From assembly GCF_001194135.2 (NCBI RefSeq), contig NC_068985.1, positions 98,079,279 to 98,143,278 of the forward strand: a stretch of DNA of 64,000 bases, written 5' to 3'. Below the pieces are notes generated by a model, which was not told where the DNA came from, ran no database searches, and saw nothing but the letters and a program-made list of their open reading frames with translations. This DNA comes from Octopus bimaculoides (lineage: Eukaryota). Of the stretch, positions 1-14,379 are shown piece after piece. Position 1 is the first letter of the stretch, and every line of letters begins with the position of its first letter. Made by a program: the position numbers and the translations under genes.

Positions 1-165
1 GTGACACAAACTTTGCTAAATGGCTCAATGTGACACAGACTTTGCTAAATGGCTCAATGTGACAGACTTTGCTAAATAGTTCAATGTGACAGACTTTGCT
101 AAATGGTTCAACGTGACACAGACTTTGCTAAGCTGAACTGTGTGACACAGACCTTGCTGAGTGTG
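1..165. repeat. 27-29 bp minisatellite, ~6 units
   Basis: Head-to-tail GTGAC(AC)AGACTTTGCTAAATGGYTCAAT units with no spacers, degenerating to the right. Confidence 0.9.
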
Positions 166-752
166 TTTATTTGGCACCTTGTCAGGTGGGTCTGTGTGTT
201 AGTAAATGTTAATTCTATGATATTTCAGTTGCTAAATTAACTAAAGACTGCTACAATGTATAGAGTTAACTTCATAATTAAATGTTATTGCATTCACCTA
301 CAGTATTAAATTTACTTAATAAATAACAGGCCATTGCGGTGTCAGCTACAATCTGTGGTGCAAGTAAATGACTATAAACATATATAGTGTTACAACAAAA
401 TATATAAGATTAATATAATGCCCCCAGAAGTCATAATAATTTCACATCCAATCTTATGGAATAACTTGATAATTTTGTTGTGCGCATGTATTGCACATAA
501 AGGCCACCAGTCTTTGTTACATTTTATAGGGTAACATAACCGTAGAATGGGATCCTTTCATAATGAATCCTTTATCATTCTACCTTTTATAACAATGCTT
601 ATATAATGAGGATTGGTATTAGAGCTGTCTGTATTCATTGCCCCACTACTCACATATATTTATTTCTTTTCTTCAATCCTTTTCTCTCTCACTCTCTGTC
701 TGTCTCTCACATACATACTCCCACATCAATCACTTTGTGTTGACAAATGTCA

Positions 753-799
<47 letters not shown>

Positions 800-809
800 N
801 NNNNNNNNN

Positions 810-856
<47 letters not shown>

Positions 857-1861
857 CATTACTTCACTTCCCCTTTCATTGTACTGAATTCTCCTGTCAT
901 TTCCTTTTCCCCTCATCATAATACACATGCTGTTTTCTAGTCTATCTCCAGCAACCAACATATAATAATTTATATTCTCTCTTCCATTACTTCCATCTTG
1001 TTCTCGGAACTTTCTATCCCCATCCTACCCACACTTCCTCACCTTCCACCGTCTTGGTCATCATCAATACACTGGGCAGACTGGTTGGTATTAGGAAGGT
1101 CATCTTGAAGTAGAAACCAAGGCAAAAAGCAGAACAGCCAAGTGCAATGTGATCCACTGACTTGTCTAGGAAGCTGGACATCCGACCGATGGTAGAATGG
1201 AAAGAGAATGTAAAATACTGAGAATGACTAAAGGTCATTGTAGTGTCACATACAGCCTAAAAGGTTAGCAAATGACTAAAAGCTGTTAGTGTCAACTAAA
1301 TTATATTGGGTTAATGTAATATCTAAAGGCCAATAATGTCACCTAATATTTATAGAGCAATCTTCATCATCAGTACCAATATTAGTTCTAACCTTTTTGC
1401 CATCAACACTATGAATGCCACCTTGCTATGACAGTTACCTCAGTACTGTTACTACCACTACACACTCCTATCAAACCCTACTATTAACCATCCCGCAATT
1501 TATTGTGATGCCATACTACCAAAAACTATTGACTGCCCTTAACCATTATCACAACTATTTCCAAACCACTATCCTATTATTAGACAACACAGATATCTAC
1601 TGCTTCTTCACTCCCTGGGTCCATTAGAGTACTGGAAAAATGCATTACAGTGTTTGGTCTAACTCTTTAAATTCTGAGTTCAAATCTTGCTATGGTCAAC
1701 TTATTTTTATATCATCCCCTAAAAGGATGAAAAACAAGGTACCTGTCTAATACTGCAGTTGATGTTTTCGACTAATTACCCTACTCTGCTGAAATCAGAA
1801 ACAATCATTATTATTATTATTCAGTGCATTTCATTCAATTTTGGTAATTATCACTAATATT

Positions 1862-2057
1862 CTTTTCAACTCTAAGTACAAGGTGGGACATTTGGTGGAG
1901 GAGGGGGTCAGTATGCAACTGGTACTTAGTTTATTGACCCCAAAAGGATGAAAGGCTAAATCGACCTCGGTGGCATTTGAACTCAGAACATAAAGACAGA
2001 CAAAATACCGCTAAGCATTTCACTCGGTGTGCTAACATTTCCGCCAGCTCACCACCC
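1862..2057 (-). mobile_element. SINE family B copy
   Basis: Reverse complement of the 40632-40845 element. Confidence 0.8.
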
Positions 2058-3405
2058 TGATTATAACTAATATTGCCATAATTATCATTGTTACTAAATT
2101 TCAACTATTTTACTTAATCTCTTTGATCCCTAAGGAGCATAGGCCATTGATGATCTTCTCCATTGTTCTCAACTCTGGGCTCTTCTTCCTCTTCAAGGTC
2201 CTACTGGTTTTGAATTGTCATCCATGCTTCTTCAACTTTGCTTTGTCTCTTGATAAAGCTGTTGACCCTATGCAAACCCATTTTTACTTTAAGAAAGAGG
2301 TAGTCCATCTTAGTCTATCCTTTAATTCTTTGACTTGACCAGCACTACCAGGAGCTTGTACAACACTAGCATAGTTCTCAGGTTCATCCGTCAAGCTACC
2401 CAAAGCACTGTTTCTACTATCACTGTTATAATCACAACTGCCACCACTATCACCACTGTCAGCGTTACTGCCATTTTAACCCCTGACACTTTTATCACCA
2501 TTACCATCACTATCTGTACCGTTACCACTACTATGATTCACTATTATTACCATTGTCATCATTCCTACCACTCTGCTACCATTTCCACTGCCACTTTCAC
2601 CTCCAGCACCATTTCCACTGTCAACATCCCCATCATCACATACATTACCTCTATCACCAATATATCAATTCTTTACTCCAGTTTTCAGGCATTTTTTTGC
2701 TATCAATTCACTCAGAAGTCATTGATTTTTCTCCAAAAGTTTTTTCTCTTATAGTTTTGTGCAAAACACTTCATGTCATGTGTAATGCACTCCATATCAC
2801 ACATGTAAATCAGTGTAAGACAGTTTATGTAGCTATCTGAGCAACATGTATCCAGGCAATGCATAATTGTATCAACTCTGCAGTACTTTATTCAAAAAAG
2901 TTATTTCTTAAAATAATCATTTGGGTATCAAATGTGATATATATACATTTTACTGAGGTATTCATCCAAAGATAACATCTCTTGTGAACATGTGTTTTAA
3001 AGCAATGTAAAAGAGGGGATGAAAATTCATCCAGTAGTGGCTAGCAAGAATGCCAGATGTACTTTGACCCCATTGAGCCCTATAAATAATGTGTCCTTGC
3101 ACCCAGCTACATGCCTAGACTAGATCTGTCACCTCTGATATACGAAACAGTGAAATGAACATTAACTGATATTGTGAATTGCTGCCTGATTGAATAATAA
3201 CCCAAAACGCACAATTGAATCCAAAGGCTACATTTTAAAACAGCTGAAATGGTTAATTGAATTGATCTCATTATATTACTGATACTTTCTTTTACTGCCT
3301 CTAGATGAAATAAAGGCAAAAGTTAGTAGCCTTTGAGCTCGGAACTTAGGGAAACATAAATTACTGCATTGCATGCCAGAAATGCTTCTGCTCTGAATTC
3401 ATCAT

Positions 3406-3920
3406 CATCATCATCATCATCATCATCGTTTAACGTCTGCTTTCCATGCTAGCATGGGTTGGACGATTTGACTGATGACTGGTGAACCAGATGGCTACAC
3501 CAGGCTCCAATCTGATTTGACAGTTTCTACAGCTGGATGCCCTTCCTAATGCCAACCACTCCGAGAGTGTAGTGGGTGCTTTTACATGCCACCGGCACGA
3601 AGACCAGTCAGGCGGTACTGGCAATGGCCACGCTCAAAATGGTGTATTTTACGTGCCACCTACACAGGAGGCAGTCCAGCGGCACTGGCAGCGATCTCGC
3701 TTGAATGTCTTTACACGTGCCACCGGCACAAGTGCCAGGAAGATGACACTGGGCACAGGTGCCATCATGATATCGCTTTCGCTTGCCCCAACAGGTCTTC
3801 GCAAGCCGAGTTTTGTGTCCAATGAAGGAGATGACGTTGGCATGGGTGCCAGTCGTCGAATTTAGTTTGATTTCGATTTCACTTGCCTCAACAGGTCTTT
3901 GCAAGTGGAGTTTAGTGTAG
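3406..3920 (-). mobile_element. RTE-LINE 3'-tail-related repeat (family C) with (GAT)n tail
   Basis: (CAT)n-GTTTAACGTC...CATGCTAGCATGGGTTGGACG on the + strand; inverse of copies at 24830-25150 and 32990-33513. Confidence 0.8.
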
Positions 3921-4911
3921 GTATAAATTTTTCCAGATCTGGTACTTCTTTCTAATGTCCTCCATTCTATGGAAAATTTCTTCCATTCACTTCAAACAAG
4001 GAAACCAGATACAAGTGGATTCAAAAATTCATCCACACAGCACTACACTCCAACTTCTCTTTCTTTAAACAGATGCTACGCTCTGTGAATCTTAGTAGTT
4101 CTTTTCCTGAACCTTTTTGATACCAACCAGTTTGAGACTACCCTCGAGGTTGGTCGATGGTGTAAACTTTGTGCTTTAAAGCGATCTAAAGTTCATGTTC
4201 GTTTATGCTGAAGGTAGGGTGCCAGTATGGCTGCAGTTCAATGACTGAAACAAGTAAAGGATAAAAGATAAACCTCAGCTTAATAATAACAAACTTATTT
4301 GATGAAATTCTTTGTTATTTTTAAAAACAAACGAAACAAAGGCTGTGTATTTCTCTAGAAATGCGGTAACAAAAGTGTTAAACAATTATTGTCTTGTTTT
4401 CAACATTTTTAAGAATGAATTATTATTATTGTGACTTTTAAGAAAACCTGTTTGTTTTCCATTGCTTAATTTCATTCTTCTCTTCATGTTAAAGTCATGT
4501 TAAAGTTTAAGAATATAATCTTTGTTTGGAATAAATGCAGCAGTTAATTACAAGAATATATTTATAAAAATACCACTGACCATAAAACTAGTTATCATCT
4601 TGATCCTGCCATTCTTCATACATATCTCTTCTTTATGTTGCTCTTTTTCTATTTTCTCCTTTATTAGTCAACAAACTGTAAATATTTGGTTGTAAACTTG
4701 AATTGAACTTGTTCCTCTTTCTCTATGATACCAGAATACAATAAAAACTGCTCATCAAACATCACTAACCATCTAGTTTTAATGATTGTACTCAGTGAAC
4801 CTAAATATTTGTCTAAATTACTGCACTGAATGGCCAAAACCTTGGATTAATGGTTATATTAAAGAGGCGGTTTGATTCTTTTGTTTTGCTTGATCATTTC
4901 TTGGGTGTTTC

Positions 4912-4959
<48 letters not shown>

Positions 4960-4965
4960 CGTATG

Positions 4966-5008
<43 letters not shown>

Positions 5009-5245
5009 ACTCACTCACTCACATGTTCACATTAGATCTCTGTCACTCACTCCTTCATGTTTCTTCCTCAGTGACTCCGCTCTAACCTGTTTATTAATCC
5101 AGTCATCTATATTCACTACAGGAAGCATTTCAGAATAAACCGTTATTTTCCTTGTTAATAAACGTTAGCCTCTCACTTCAACTGCGCCTTCTCCTTCCAT
5201 TTCTTGTTCTTTTCCTTTGTGGATAGCTTTTAAGCAAACACCAAG

Positions 5246-5304
5246 ATGGCAGTGTACACACTCCTTCATCTCCACAGAGCTACAGCCTCGGCTAGAACCA
5301 ACCA
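5246..5304 (+). other. Candidate upstream (first or UTR) exon segment
   Basis: Strong-context ATG (caagATGG), 59 nt open to CA|gtaaga, just downstream of a (GT)n/(CT)n block; no tweety-like motif. Confidence 0.2.
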
Positions 5305-8130
5305 GTAAGAGTAAACAAAATCATTTAACATCAAACCATTGATACTGAATGAATTAGCAACAAAATAAAAAGTCACTTGTTAGCATTATCCCTTGCAATG
5401 GTAATTGGATAATTTTTTTCCTAACATGAATAAGACGTTTTTCTTTGTTGTACCAGATAAGTCATCAAAATAGAATGGAAGGGATAAAAATAACAAGTAC
5501 AAAAAAAAAAAAAGTTTCCAGATGCAGGTGTGGACAGGCATAAAATATCTGATCTATCATACCTGCTAATTAGTGTCTTTACCCCTCGCCACTGAGACTC
5601 CTTGCTATACCATTGACTTAGATAAAATGTATTACAATTAACTCTTTTGTTATCGTATTTCTGTTGAAATACACAACCTTGTTTCAGTTTATTTAGAAAA
5701 TAAGGAAGGGTTCAGTAAAATAACTTTGTCATTATTAAGCAGGTGTTTGGAATATAGATTAACAAGGAATTTTGGTGAACGGTTTTAATTTAGATCGATT
5801 TAAAACAGGAAGTTTGTATCATATAACCAGAGGCGGTCTTGGGTGGGTTGATATCAAAAGGAATATTGTTAGAAACTCGTTATTTAGTCCCAAATCAACC
5901 CAAATTCAGCAGACATATCACACTTGGTGATTACTTATGCATCCTCATTATATTAGCTCAGTCTGTGTTTGTTGCCCTTATTTAACCCAAGATCAATTGC
6001 AATACTGTAGATCTATGATTAAAGGCATTCTAGCCATGTTTATCTTCATTTTTGTATATCAGGAATTATTTTGGAGTTAGCTTTTTTTAAGAAGGTAGGG
6101 TGAAATCTGAAATTAATACTTGCAACCTGAGTGAGTAGTGTAAAGGCTATCAGTGGTTTGACTATTTAAAATATAATAAATATACATGTGTGGGCATGTA
6201 TATATATTGTTTCACTGTGATTTGAATGTAATGCAAGTCTTTTCAATGAGGTCAAAATGGCATTATTACATGGACAAATCATAATGAGGTGATATTTTTG
6301 ATTGGATTAACTCTGAATTGCCACAGACCCAGTTTCAGATGTTCCAACCAGATTGTTTTCATTTCCATTGGGTTCACTCTGTTCTTCCCGTTTAACTTGA
6401 AAATATACCAGACACCCTGCACCAAATTCAAATCTATTCTTGGCAAAATGGTATTGCTATTACACTGCTATTTACTTATTTTGCAAAATGTTAAAATTTT
6501 CTTTGAGGAAAGATGGGTGTTAGTGGTGAGGTGAATACACAAGAAACCAGTCACCACATGTTGGGGACATATTTTAAAATTCCACTTAGATATAATATTT
6601 CACCGTCAAAACAGCAATGACTGCCAACTGGCCTATTTTTTGTTATTTCACTTTCTCTCAGTATCATGGTTAAGATGTAGTCAATTATATAAATAACAAA
6701 CTTACAACTGTCATGTTGTTTTTATTTACTTTTTCTAAAGAATATTACTTCTAATAAGTTACTAATTATACAATACTAATTATAGAATCACTTCCGTTTT
6801 CCTTTTCTATTTTTGAACCTAAGGAGGGACATCTTGGTTTCATTTATTTTTTCTAAGTCTCATAAATTTGGGGATCAGCATTTTTATGTGTAAATATTAT
6901 ACATGTTGATATATGTAAGCCACATGTTGGCATTGACTGAGCTGACCTATAATCAATAGTTTACAAAGTCTGTGATCAAGGACCATGACATTTGGAATTT
7001 AAGCCTCATCTTGTTATTGTTCGTTTCCACCCTTGACTAAGTTGACACCTGATCAAAGGTTTTTCTGTTTGTGACCATCCTACCATCCAATATTCTTTAG
7101 GAAAAGGATTGCGAATAGGGGTTAGTATGGGGATCCACTGAATGTTTTTACAGCTGCTTTAACAAATAAACCTTCCTGCTTAGGCAAAATGTATTTACAA
7201 GGTTTTTTCCAAAATCAAATGTGTTTTCTTTCCATTTTTTTGTGTATGTTTGATATAATCAGCTCACAGAATTATCTCTGCTTGAAATGTGTTTATATGA
7301 AATTTATAATTAATAAAAGATTTGCTTCACAATCATAGCGAAGACTTAGAAACTGCAAATAGGAGTTACAGCTATTTTATTAAATTCATATATTTTTTTG
7401 CTGTTTTCTTTCACCTATCTGTTATCATGCCTGCCATTACATATATTACAACTACATAATGCATACTACATTACAATCACAGCTACATTGCACATATATT
7501 GTCACAGCACTGTGCACAGATATATTACCATTGCACTGGCCACACAGTGCTGTAGAATTATAGATATTCTCCATTTGGAATATCATATGAACAATTCTTG
7601 TATCCCTCTTTTCTTCTCTCTATTCCTATATCTCTTTCTCTCTCTCTTCAACTGAAAATACATTGAAGCAAGTAAATATGTCATATTTGTTTATCTCTAG
7701 AGGAAGGTATATTTATTTCTCTCGCATTTTGTTAGCGAAATCATTGTGAGGCATCTGTTAGGTTTCAGCAAATGAAATTGTTTCTGTTACTGCATTGCTA
7801 ATCCTTCTTGGTTGCTTAGGGAGAACACACATTCTGTGTTTAGGATATTCAACTGCAACTTGTGCTGGCCTTCACACTCAACCCACTTGCTTGCCACCCC
7901 TATATTGATATGTGACTTGCTATTTCTTAAAATAATATATCTGGTCAATAATGAGGCTTTTTCTCTCAGTTTACTGTGTATCCCTTCCTGACCTACTCTT
8001 TCCTTAGTATCTTGGAGACAGCCTCATTCCAGAAATCTGCTCCAGATTGCAGAGTAGAATGTTATACACTTTACACCAGGGCTCATAGTTATACACATTA
8101 CACCAGGGCTCATAGTTATACACTTTACAC

Positions 8131-8428
8131 CAGGGCTGGTCAACCTGAGGCCCACGAGCTACATGTGACTCACTTGATATTTTCTTGAAGTATTGTGTTT
8201 AATTTCAAAATAAAATTATTTGTATATGACATTTGTTTCAAAATAAATCTTAAATTCATAAGTGGCAATAACGCAATAGCCTACAATTTTATAATTTTAA
8301 ACAAACACAAAGTAAGAAAAATTATTGATGCTGTAATTTGACTATTAATACATAAAGTATACAAGTGGCCCTCAAAAACTTTCTATGATTAAAGTGTCCC
8401 ACAATGTAATTTGAATTGGCCAGGCCTG
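8131..8428 (+). mobile_element. hAT-type MITE
   Basis: Termini CAGGGCTGGTCAA / TTGGCCAGGCCTG; 8-bp TSD ctttacac/ctctacac. Confidence 0.75.
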
Positions 8429-8786
8429 CTCTACACCATCTACAAGTCACAGAAGGGAGCAGTAATTCTAGTAGGGGAAGAAATTCCCAAAAGCTGATAC
8501 AATTGTGGTACTTCAATCTTGTCAGACAACTCCTCTCATGTATGTGAAACAATAAAATATACTCAGTCCATACTGTAAAGTGGTTTGTGATAGGAAGGGC
8601 GTTTTGCTGTAAAAATGTGCCAAAAGCAGGAGTCAGGTCACTGAAAACTAATCCTAATATTCATAGTATGTTAGTGCTGCTATAGTTCTCTTGACCATAA
8701 AAGAGAAGTTGAAGACTATCCATCTACGAAAACTCCTGCATGCTGATGGTTTAGTTGTCATAGGTGTATCTATCAAAGGATTAGAG

Positions 8787-9107
8787 CAGGCCTGGCCAAC
8801 TGGAATTACATTATGGGCCACTTTAATCACAGAAGTTTTTTGAGGGCTGCTTGTATATTTTATGTACTAATAGTCAAATAATCAAATTACAGAATCAAGA
8901 ATTTTTCATACTTTTCATTTGTTATAAAATTGTAGGTTATTGCTTTATTGCCACTTTTAAATTTTAAATTTATTTTGAAACAAATGTCTTGTGCAAACAA
9001 TTTTATTTTGAAATTAAACACAATACTTCAAGAAAGTATCAAGCGGGCTGCAAGATAAAAGTCTGCAGGCCACGTGCGACCCGTGGACCTGAGGTTGGTC
9101 AGCTCTG
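8787..9107 (-). mobile_element. hAT-type MITE, second copy inverted relative to 8131-8428
   Basis: Termini CAGGCCTGGCCAA / TTGGTCAGCTCTG; 8-bp TSD gattagag/gattagcg; interior is the reverse complement of the first copy. Confidence 0.75.
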
Positions 9108-9177
9108 GATTAGCGAATAAATTCCAACTGTGAAAGCAGAAACAGAAGTGATAGTTTGCAGGAAAGAAGACAAGGCT

Positions 9178-9440
9178 GTTACTGTGATTGGAATTTGGTA
9201 GATGGAAACTGAAGGAAGCCCGTCGTATATATATATTGTTTGTGTCTGTTTGTCGCCCCATCATCGCTTGACAACTGATGTTGGTGTGTTTACGTCCCTG
9301 TCACTTAGTGGTTCGGCCAAAATAGACTGATAGAATAAGTACTAGGCTTACAAAGAATAAGTCCTGGGGTTGATTTATTCGACTAAAGATAGTGCTCTAG
9401 CATGGTGGCAGTCAAATGACTGAAACAAGTAAAAGCGTAA
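9178..9440 (+). mobile_element. SINE family A, 3' part
   Basis: Matches the 3' two-thirds of 44753-45178. Confidence 0.8.
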
Positions 9441-9455
9441 AAAGAGTAGTACCTA

Positions 9456-9660
9456 TTGGGTTTCCTTGAAGTAGTTGATGGCTTTCACTATCTTGGTGAC
9501 CAAAATAGCAGTAGAGAAGGATGTTCCAAAATCATAGTAGCCAGCATAAGATTGGGGCATCTTCAAGTGAAGACTGAGCTGGTACAGATATGTGATGCAT
9601 GTGGAAGGTGTCAGTTGGATAATGTAATGCAAAATGATCCAAGTGGAAGAAACCCGTGAA
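9456..9660 (+). mobile_element. RTE-type LINE ORF2 fragment
   Basis: LEVVDGFHYLGD...GCSKIIVASIRLG resembles the post-RT 'VxxFxYLG' region; the same region recurs near 38700-38830. Confidence 0.6.
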
Positions 9661-9662
9661 AG

Positions 9663-9820
9663 AGGTAGTAGAAGTGGTGGTGGTAGTGGTAGTAGTAGTA
9701 GTGGTGGTGGTAGTAGTGGTGGTAGTAGTAGTGGTGGTGGTAGTGGTAGTAGTGGTGGTGGTAGTGGTGGTGGTGGTGGTGGTAGTAGTGGTGATGGTGA
9801 TAGTAGTAGTAGTAGTAGAT
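9663..9820. repeat. (GGT/AGT)n trinucleotide microsatellite
   Basis: Direct reading. Confidence 0.95.
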
Positions 9821-10586
9821 GATCTCGGGTAGCTAAACTTCAAGAATGAGATGACAAGATGGCAACAAATTGTGAGATATTGTACCGGTAAAGTTCCGTC
9901 CAACCCATGCCAGCACGTAATAAAGACATTAAGATGTTTTTTTAATGGGATTGCTATGGCATGCATATACATAATTCTGTTTCATTGCACAGATGAAATG
10001 TCATCAACATATCATCCACTGTATACATCTTATCTTATCTTATTTGTAATCACCTGATGATCTTTTTTTGCCATATCTTTCTTAGAATCTGTCTTCCATT
10101 TATTGTTGCAAGCAGTAGCAACAGTAACAACAACAATAGTAGCAATGACAATAACAACAAGAACAACAACATCAACTACAGAGCTGTTTACATCGTGAAG
10201 TATGTCAAGGCTGTATGACTTAATGGCTTGAACAGAATAAGCTGCAAGAGAGCTCAGATGTTGTCTAAATATGTTTCAGCTCTGACTAGACTACTAAAGT
10301 TTATTAGTACACAGCAACTATTCACTATAATCTTTCCTTGGCTATATTCACAATTATTCTTTATTGATCTTTATCAATCAGTTGATACCATGGCTGTAAG
10401 GTTCAGCGGGAGAGACTGTTGACCACGTGTTCAAGAGTTCTAACATTATTACTTCTATAGCCCTTACATTAAGTGTATATTATTTGCCTCAATGAACTTA
10501 GGTAACTACATGGTCTCTACCCTACTTTATTGCAAGTTGTTTAGTTGCAGGAAGATCACTCCCTATAAAAATAATTACTAGCTGCA

Positions 10587-10745
10587 TAGGAATGGCTGTG
10601 TGGTTAGTAGCTTGCTTACGAACCACATGGTTCCGGGTTCAGTCCCACTGCGTGGCACCTTTGGCAAGTGTCTTCTACTATAGCCTCGGGCGGACCAAAG
10701 CCTTGTGAGTGGATTTGGTAGATGGAAACTGAAAGAAGCCCGTTT
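10587..10745 (+). mobile_element. SINE family A, 5' half (tRNA-like head)
   Basis: TGGCTGTGTGG A-box-like and GGTTCAGTCCC B-box-like motifs; matches the 5' part of 44753. Confidence 0.85.
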
Positions 10746-11188
10746 GGTCATGGAAGAATATTACTTTGCTTGGAAACAGGTGAGGGCTGTGGAAAATGTG
10801 CTCCAGTAAATTCCATCAGACTTAGGCAGGCATGGAAATGTGGGTGTCAAAATGATGATGGCAATGATGACGAGAATTTTCCCATGCTAGAATAAGTTGT
10901 GTAATTTTGCTGAATGTTAATTCACCTCTTTAAATTAATTAGTTCTAAAAGAATTCTCATTATCCATTGCTGATTCTTTGGCTTAACTGCTACAATATTC
11001 AAAGGACCTAATTAAGTTATAATGCAGCAATATAAATTTAGTGTTGGGGGTTTGTTATCTGGGTTCTAGAATTGCTACATCAAGAGAATATATATGCAAA
11101 CAATTACCTTGTCATTAAGAATGTCGAAAAATCCTGTCGTATGTTCTTGAGATTGAGCTGAAGATTGTTGTAAATATTTTTTTTATAG

Positions 11189-11243
11189 TCTTGGGCCAGA
11201 TGTTCCTAAAGGCCCCAGGTATTTTGTTGTTGTTTGCGCCCAG
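11189..11243 (+). other. Candidate 55-nt internal exon (UTR or alternative coding)
   Basis: T-tract+atag acceptor and near-consensus donor CAG|gtaagc; open in the phase linking 5246-5304 to 20239. Confidence 0.3.
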
Positions 11244-13092
11244 GTAAGCCATGATTGAACAGCCCTGTGATCTAAGATATCTGTTTTGTTTATTTTTCAA
11301 ATATAATGTATATGAAACTACAGAATGTAATGTGTAAACCCATTCTTATGTTGGTATAGTAAGATTTAAAGGAAATATGGCTGTTCTTTTTTGCTTGTCA
11401 AATGGCATTAGCATTTGTGGCTCATGATCTGTGATGTCAGGTGTTATTAATCTGTCAAAATTCTAATGTCTTTAATTCTGCTGTTGGAGTGTCACTCATT
11501 TGTATACATCTATTTTACTTTTAAATGATAATCTCTCTGCAATATTATGTTATAAAAAGCTTATCTATAAGCATTTTTTTTCCATATCCAACATGTTACC
11601 CAAAATTGCATGGTATATTACTGCTAGCATGCATGTCATAAGTTTAATGTCACTGCTCTAGATGTTTAACAATGATAAATTCTTCTGTGACAATTTGTTA
11701 AAACTATCAAAATATCCATATTTGTTTTAGTGTTATTAATATGAAATTATAAAAATGTTGAGCATTGATGAAAGAATATTTAGTGGGTACTAATGAATAT
11801 TTGGGGAGTGATATATTTTTCAATCCTTTTAATATTCTCACCTGGGACTACCTGTAGTTCTGCAATACAAAGTCTACTATTTAAATTAAAATCTGTAACA
11901 ATTCTATGTAAGATACCTTTCATCATATTCCAAACACCAGTTTGATTATGAGTTTTGCTTAATTCCTGCCAATTCTTGATTAATTTCGAAATAAATTGGT
12001 TTACATAATGTGTTATACTATTAATATGGTTCTGAAATTGTTTTTAAAAAAACACTGCATAACAATAATATAAAGAAACCGGAAGCTAGTGTTAGGTGAG
12101 TTTCTATCATTACATTTTGACAAGATTCTATTGATTTTTTTCAAATGAAATTATGGAAATATTTTGTAGGCTCTAAGCATTAGTTTCCTCAAAGGTAAAT
12201 TCAGTCATGCTGCTAAGTGATTTCTACTTTCCCAAAGTGTGTTTTATTTTAACTCTGAACAATATTTTAGTCTGATAACTTCTTTCATGACTATTTTTAA
12301 TGAAATGCATCACAGTGATCTAGTGAAACAATAAACATTTTCATTTTTAATCTGGTCTTTCAAATATAACATAAAAGATTTTGACTTTAAATTATGATGG
12401 AATATTATTAATTTAAATATGATCATTTTAAAGCATGGTGTAGTGTAACACAGAGTCAGAGATTATCTCGGGCATATTGGTATTAAGAGTTCAATAGGTT
12501 TCAATATTAATATAATTCCTAACCATTTTGTTTCATTGATCACAATTTATAGCACAGTATTCTTCTGTGGAATTGATTTCTGATGTATGTATCGACACAA
12601 AGAAAAGAGTTTTATAATACATTGGTTTTATATCATAATACTATGTTGATCCAATTTGCCTTTAATTTAGTATAGCTTTATATTGTCTCTTCATGGCATT
12701 AATGATTTCTGTGCATTCCTACTGCAGCTCCAAAATGGTTCATGTTTCATTTTCTGAGAATTACTACTGTACTATCCAGTGGCCACCAACCTCAAATTTA
12801 GTTTGTTTGTGGCCAAATTTGAAATCTTTGCTAGAACTGTCTACTTAATCCTCACTTGAAAATGCTACGGATGTCAACTGCTTAGACTAATTGATAAAAT
12901 GGAAGTAATAAATAAAGTAATTAACAAAAATATAAAGTAATCTCTGCAAAAGGCTGTGATCAATATATTGTCAGTTGGGAAACAACATATATTAAGATCC
13001 GGATCAATGTTTTGTGCATGTTGTGCAGAACAATGAATTAATAATGGCTCTTAGTATTTGAAAATAACAATGATAATATTTAACCAATATAT

Positions 13093-13127
<35 letters not shown>

Positions 13128-13404
13128 AGGGAGAGATGGAGATGGAGAGAGAGATGGAGAGATGCAAGCAACACTTTGATATTGTTTTCATGATCATTTG
13201 GATATTTCTGGTAACATTTCTACTACAATCGGCCCTGGTAAATTAAAATTTAATTTATTGATTTGCTAGAGATTGGCTCTTTTATGTACGGGAATCTGAT
13301 CTTTGTGTGGAATGTGAGCAACAGGTGTCAACACTTGACATTTTTATAAAGAATATCAAATGTAAATTGCCTCTTGCTGCTAATTGTTGTTAACCACCCC
13401 ACCA

Positions 13405-13438
<34 letters not shown>

Positions 13439-14379
13439 ATAATAATAATCAATAAAAGACCCAAACTGAGTTTGATAAAAAATTAATTCATCTTTGATTA
13501 GTGAAATGCAAATATATGAATTGAAGAACTTATGACTGTTTTCATTGATGAAAAAATAATGTAAAAACATATCAATGGAAATAGTGGCGCATGCTGTAAT
13601 CGAAGGTGTATAAATTTGAGTTTTTATGTTATTGTTTTGTGTAGAATAATTGGAACCAAGTCTGTTAAAGTCAGAGAAGTCTTTTGTTAAGGCAGTGATT
13701 CATTCAGCTTTTGACTTTCAATTAAACTATTTCCATGAATTTTGTATTCAGGAAAAGAATTTGGCAACAAATTAATAGGATTATATTATGAAATTTTAGA
13801 AATTAGTGTTTTTTTTTAAAGGTCTTTTAAAGGCAGCTCATGCATCAAATGAAATTTCTTTTACAGTTGTGTCATCAACATCTATGGGAAAATGGAATAG
13901 ATTTTTTTTTTAGGGTTTCATTCACCAAGATTGCACTTAAATTCTTCTGTACTCCACTCTCACCAATGTTATATGATTTTTTAAACTCAGAAGCAATATT
14001 TGATGATTGATATATGAACTTTCAAGGGAAGAATGACCCACCCCTTTAAGGAAACTATTACTTTATTTATTATTATTATTATACATAAAACCTGAAATCT
14101 TGGGAGAAGGTGGAAGTCAATTACATTGATAAATTAAGTACCAGTTGAGTACTTAATGTCAACTCTGAAAGAAACCCCGCTGTACATACATATCTATATC
14201 TGAGTGCCTGTATATGTACCCTTGTCTTGGATATCCCGTGATGGTTGAAAATGCACTCAACCATCCTGCAAGTGATGTTTGTTTCTAGTCGTCCATGCTA
14301 ATTCTGGAAAATATTACTTTGGAAGTAGATGATGGGTTGTTGACTGCAAAAAATTCCATCTGACCTATGCAAGTCTGGA

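Noticed and set aside
1-165. Regular 29-bp repeats as a CRISPR-like array
   Set aside because: No unique spacers, units are head-to-tail, context is eukaryotic and there are no cas genes; ordinary minisatellite.
3965-4130. Frame reading YKWIQKFIHTALHSNFSFFKQ...F*YQP, superficially like a tweety N-terminus
   Set aside because: No in-frame ATG, an in-frame TGA before YQ, wrong spacing to YQ and only a weak GTTTGA donor; probably chance. TBLASTN with mollusc tweety exon 1 would settle it.
9532-9972. Thr-rich 146-aa and Gly/Ser-rich ORFs (mucin- or glycine-rich-like)
   Set aside because: Produced by the (GGT/AGT)n microsatellite; the same applies to the Thr/His-rich ORFs at 2335-2840.
13058-13246. 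ORF ending in a hydrophobic stretch (IVFMIIWIFLVTFLLQSAL) with a following GT
   Set aside because: Starts within a (GA)n repeat, has a weak donor and no similarity to tweety or any family I recognise.
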